A DNA stretch of 64,000 bases from Isurus oxyrinchus (lineage: Eukaryota). The stretch lies in assembly GCA_026770705.1 (NCBI GenBank), contig JANJGN010000007.1:97464001-97528000 (forward strand), given 5' to 3'. Below are positions 60,985 to 64,000 of the stretch, piece after piece. Position 1 is the stretch's first letter, and every line of letters begins with the position of its first letter. The translations under genes and the position numbers were made by a program. A model generated the notes under the pieces. That model did no database searches. It was not told the DNA's origin and worked only from the letters and a program-made list of their open reading frames with translations.

Positions 60985-63955
60985 CATTCATTCACGGGGG
61001 TGTGAGCATCGCTGGCTGGCTCAGCATTTATTGCTCATCCTTAGCTGCCCTTCAGAAGGTGGTGGTGAGCTCCCTTCTTGAACCTCTGCAAGCCCTGTGG
61101 TGTCGGTACACTCACAATTCTGATAGGGAGGGTGTTCCAGGGTTTTAACCAAGCAACAGTGAAGGAACGGCGATATATTTCCAAGTCAGGATGATGAGTG
61201 ACTTGGAGGGGAGCTTCCAGGTGGTGATGTTCCCATTTATTTGCCTCCCGTGTCCTTCTAGATGCTAGTGAACGTGGGTTTGGAAGTTGCTGTCTTAGGA
61301 GCCTTGAAAATTTCTTGTAGTTAGCCTTGTAGATGGTACACACTGCTGCTACTGTGCGTCAGTGGTGGAGGGAGTGAATGTTTGAGGAGTTGGTACCAAT
61401 GAAGTGGTCTGCTTTGTCCTGGACGGTGTCAAGCTTCTTCAGCGTTGTCTTGATAGTGTGTGATTCAGTGATGGTAATGCCAATGAACATCAAGGGGGGT
61501 GGGGGGCGTTGGATTCTCTCCCGTTGGAGATGATCATTGCCTGACACTTGTGTGGCACGAATGTTATTTGCCACATGCCAGCCCAAGCATGGGTAATGTC
61601 CAGGTCTTGCTGCATTTGGGCATGGACTGCTTTAGCATCTGAAGAGTCGTCAATGGTGCTGACCATTGTGCAATCATCAGTGAACACCCCCACTTCTAAC
61701 CTTATGATAGAAGGAAGGTCATTGATGAAGCAGCTGAAGATGATTGGGTATAGCACATTCTCCTGAGAAATTCCTCCAGTGATGTCCTGGAGCTACTATG
61801 ACTGACCTCCATCAACCACAACAATTTTCCATTGTGCTCGGTATGACTCCAACCAACGGAGAGTTTTCCCCCTGATTTCCATTGGCTCCAGTTTTGCTCG
61901 GGCTCCTTGATGCCACACTCACCCAAGTGCAGGCTTGATGTCAAGGGTAGTCACTCTCACCTCGTCTCGGGATATTAGCTCGTTTGTCCATGTTTGAAAC
62001 AAGGCTGTAACGAGTTCAGAGGCTGAGTAGCCCTGGCAGAACTTAAACTGGACATGAGTGAGCAGGTTATTGCTAAGCAAGTGCCACTTGGCAGTGTTGA
62101 TGACCCCTTCCATTACTTTGCTGATGATCGAGAGTAGCCTGGTGGGGTGGTAATTGGCCGGGTTGTATTTGTCCTGTGTTTTGTGTACAGCACATGCCTG
62201 GGCAATTTTCCACTTAGCCGGATAGATGCCTGTGTTGTAGCTGCACTGGGACAGCTTGACTAGGGGTGCACCAAGTTCTGTAGCACAAGTCTTCAGTTCT
62301 ATTGCCGGAATGTTGTTAGTGCCCATAGCCTTGCAATATCCATTCTTTTAGCCGTTTCTTGATATCATGTAGAGTGAATCGAACTGGCTGAAGAATGGCA
62401 CCTGTGATACTGGGGACCACCTGGGACACTGGCATCATCCACTCAGTGCTTCTGGCTGAAGAATGTTGCAAATGCTTCAGCCTTATTTTTTGCACTGCTG
62501 TGCTCGGCTCCTCCATCATTGAGGATGGGGATATTTGTGGAGCTTCCTCCTCCAGTGAGTTTTCTAATTGTCCACCACCATTCACCACTGAATTTGGCAG
62601 GACTGCAGAGCTTAGATCTGATCCATTGGCATTGGGATCGCTTAGTTCTGTCTATCACTTGCTGCTTATGCTGTTTGGCACGCAAGTAGTCCTGCTTTAT
62701 AGCTTCACCAGGTTGTCTCCTCATTTTTAGATATGCCAGGTGCTGCTCCTGCAATCTTCATTGAACCAGGGTAGATCCCATGGCATGATGACAATGGTAG
62801 ACTGGGGGATATGCCGGGCCATGAGGTTACAGATCGTTCTCGAGAGCAATTATTCTGCTACTGATGACCCACAGTGCCTCAAGGATGCCCAGCCTTGAGT
62901 TGCTAGATATATTCGAAATCTACACCATTTAGCACGGTGGTAGTGCTAAACAACACGATGGAGGGTATCCTCAATGTGAAGGCGGGACTTCATATCCAAA
63001 ATGACTGTGCAGTGGTTACTCCTACTAATACTGTCATGGACAGATGCATCTGTGGCAGGCAGGTTGGCGAGGATGAAGTCAGGTATGTTTTTTCCCCCTT
63101 GTTGGTTTCCTCACCACCTGCTGCGGAACCAGTCTAGCAGCTATGCCCTTTAGGACACGGCCAGCTCGGAAAATAGTGGTGCTACTGAGCTAATCTTGGT
63201 GATGGACATTGAAGTTTCTTCATCCAGAGAACATTCTGTGCCCTTGCCTCCCTCAGTTCTTCCTCCAAATGATGTTCAAAATGCAGGAGCATGGATTCAA
63301 CAACTGACGGAGAGCAGTACCTGGTAATCAGCCGGAGATTTCCTTGCTCATGAGGCTTCATTGGGTCCAGAGTCGATGTTGAGGACTCCCGGGGCAACTC
63401 CCTCCTGCCTGTATACCAATGTGCCACCACCTCTACTGGGCCTGTCCTGCCAGTGGCACAGGATATGCCCAGGGATGGTGATGTTTGGAAAATCATCTGT
63501 GAGATATGATTCTGTGAGGACGACTATGTCAGGCTGTTGCATGACTAGCCTGTGAGACCACTCTTCCACTTTTGGCATTAGCCACAGATGCTAGTAAGGA
63601 GGACCGGTCTGCAATTGTGTTGTGGTTTCCGGTGCCTAGGTCAATGCTGGGTGGTCCGTCTGGTTTCATTCCTTTTCTGTGTCTTTGTCGCGGTTTTTTA
63701 CAACTGAGTGGCTTGCTAGGCCATTTCAGAGGGCAGTTAAGAGTCAGTTACATTGCTGTGGGTCTGGAGTGACATGTAGGCCAGATCAGGTAAAGACAAC
63801 AGATTTCCTTCCCTAAAGGAAATTGGTGAATCAGAACGATTTTTACAACAATCAACTATGGTTTCCTGGTCATCATTGGACTTGTAATTCCAGTTTTTTT
63901 TTTCCTTCAATTCAAATTGCTAACCCAATGACATTACCACTACACCATCGCCTCC
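60985..63955 (-). mobile_element. Decayed CR1/L2-group LINE (APE + RT) with a SINE-like 5' head (63705-63955)
   Basis: PDIVVLTESYL...QDRPSRGGG (endonuclease), NPANYHPTRLLSIISKVME and FINDL...FTDDCT (RT), and a (TGAA)n tail. The 5' 250 nt align with the SINE at 35581. Confidence 0.88.
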
Positions 63956-64000
63956 CATCAAGGGCCTGATAGGGGCTTTCAATCTCCCCTCATCGGCAAC

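Overview
Eukaryotic, intron-containing, repeat-rich vertebrate genomic DNA, most likely from a cartilaginous fish (inferred from the mix of CR1-group LINEs, Penelope-like elements and tRNA-headed SINEs). Most of the six-frame ORF track is spurious or transposon-derived. The window is built from three diverged, head-to-tail tandem units about 25 kb apart. Each carries a + strand copy of an immunoglobulin-superfamily receptor gene. Copy 3 is intact as far as it can be seen: leader exon (56630-56684), a single-exon V domain with a germline-joined J-like GxGT strand (56864-57184) and a C1-set exon (60653-60934), all joined by GT-AG phase-1 introns; its 3' exons should lie beyond the window. Copies 1 and 2 are pseudogenes but preserve the 3' half: a neutral transmembrane exon and a terminal cytoplasmic exon with an ITSM-type motif (TVYAQV / TSYAQV). 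The composite product is a non-rearranging, antigen-receptor-like VJ-C1-TM-ITSM receptor evolving by birth and death. The window also holds Penelope-like elements with minimal hammerhead ribozymes (one inside a 170-bp palindrome with a 13-bp target-site duplication), nested CR1 LINEs, a solo LTR, a LINE that begins with a SINE-type head, and a strand-biased degenerate minisatellite upstream of each gene copy. All alignments were done by eye, so repeat boundaries are approximate.
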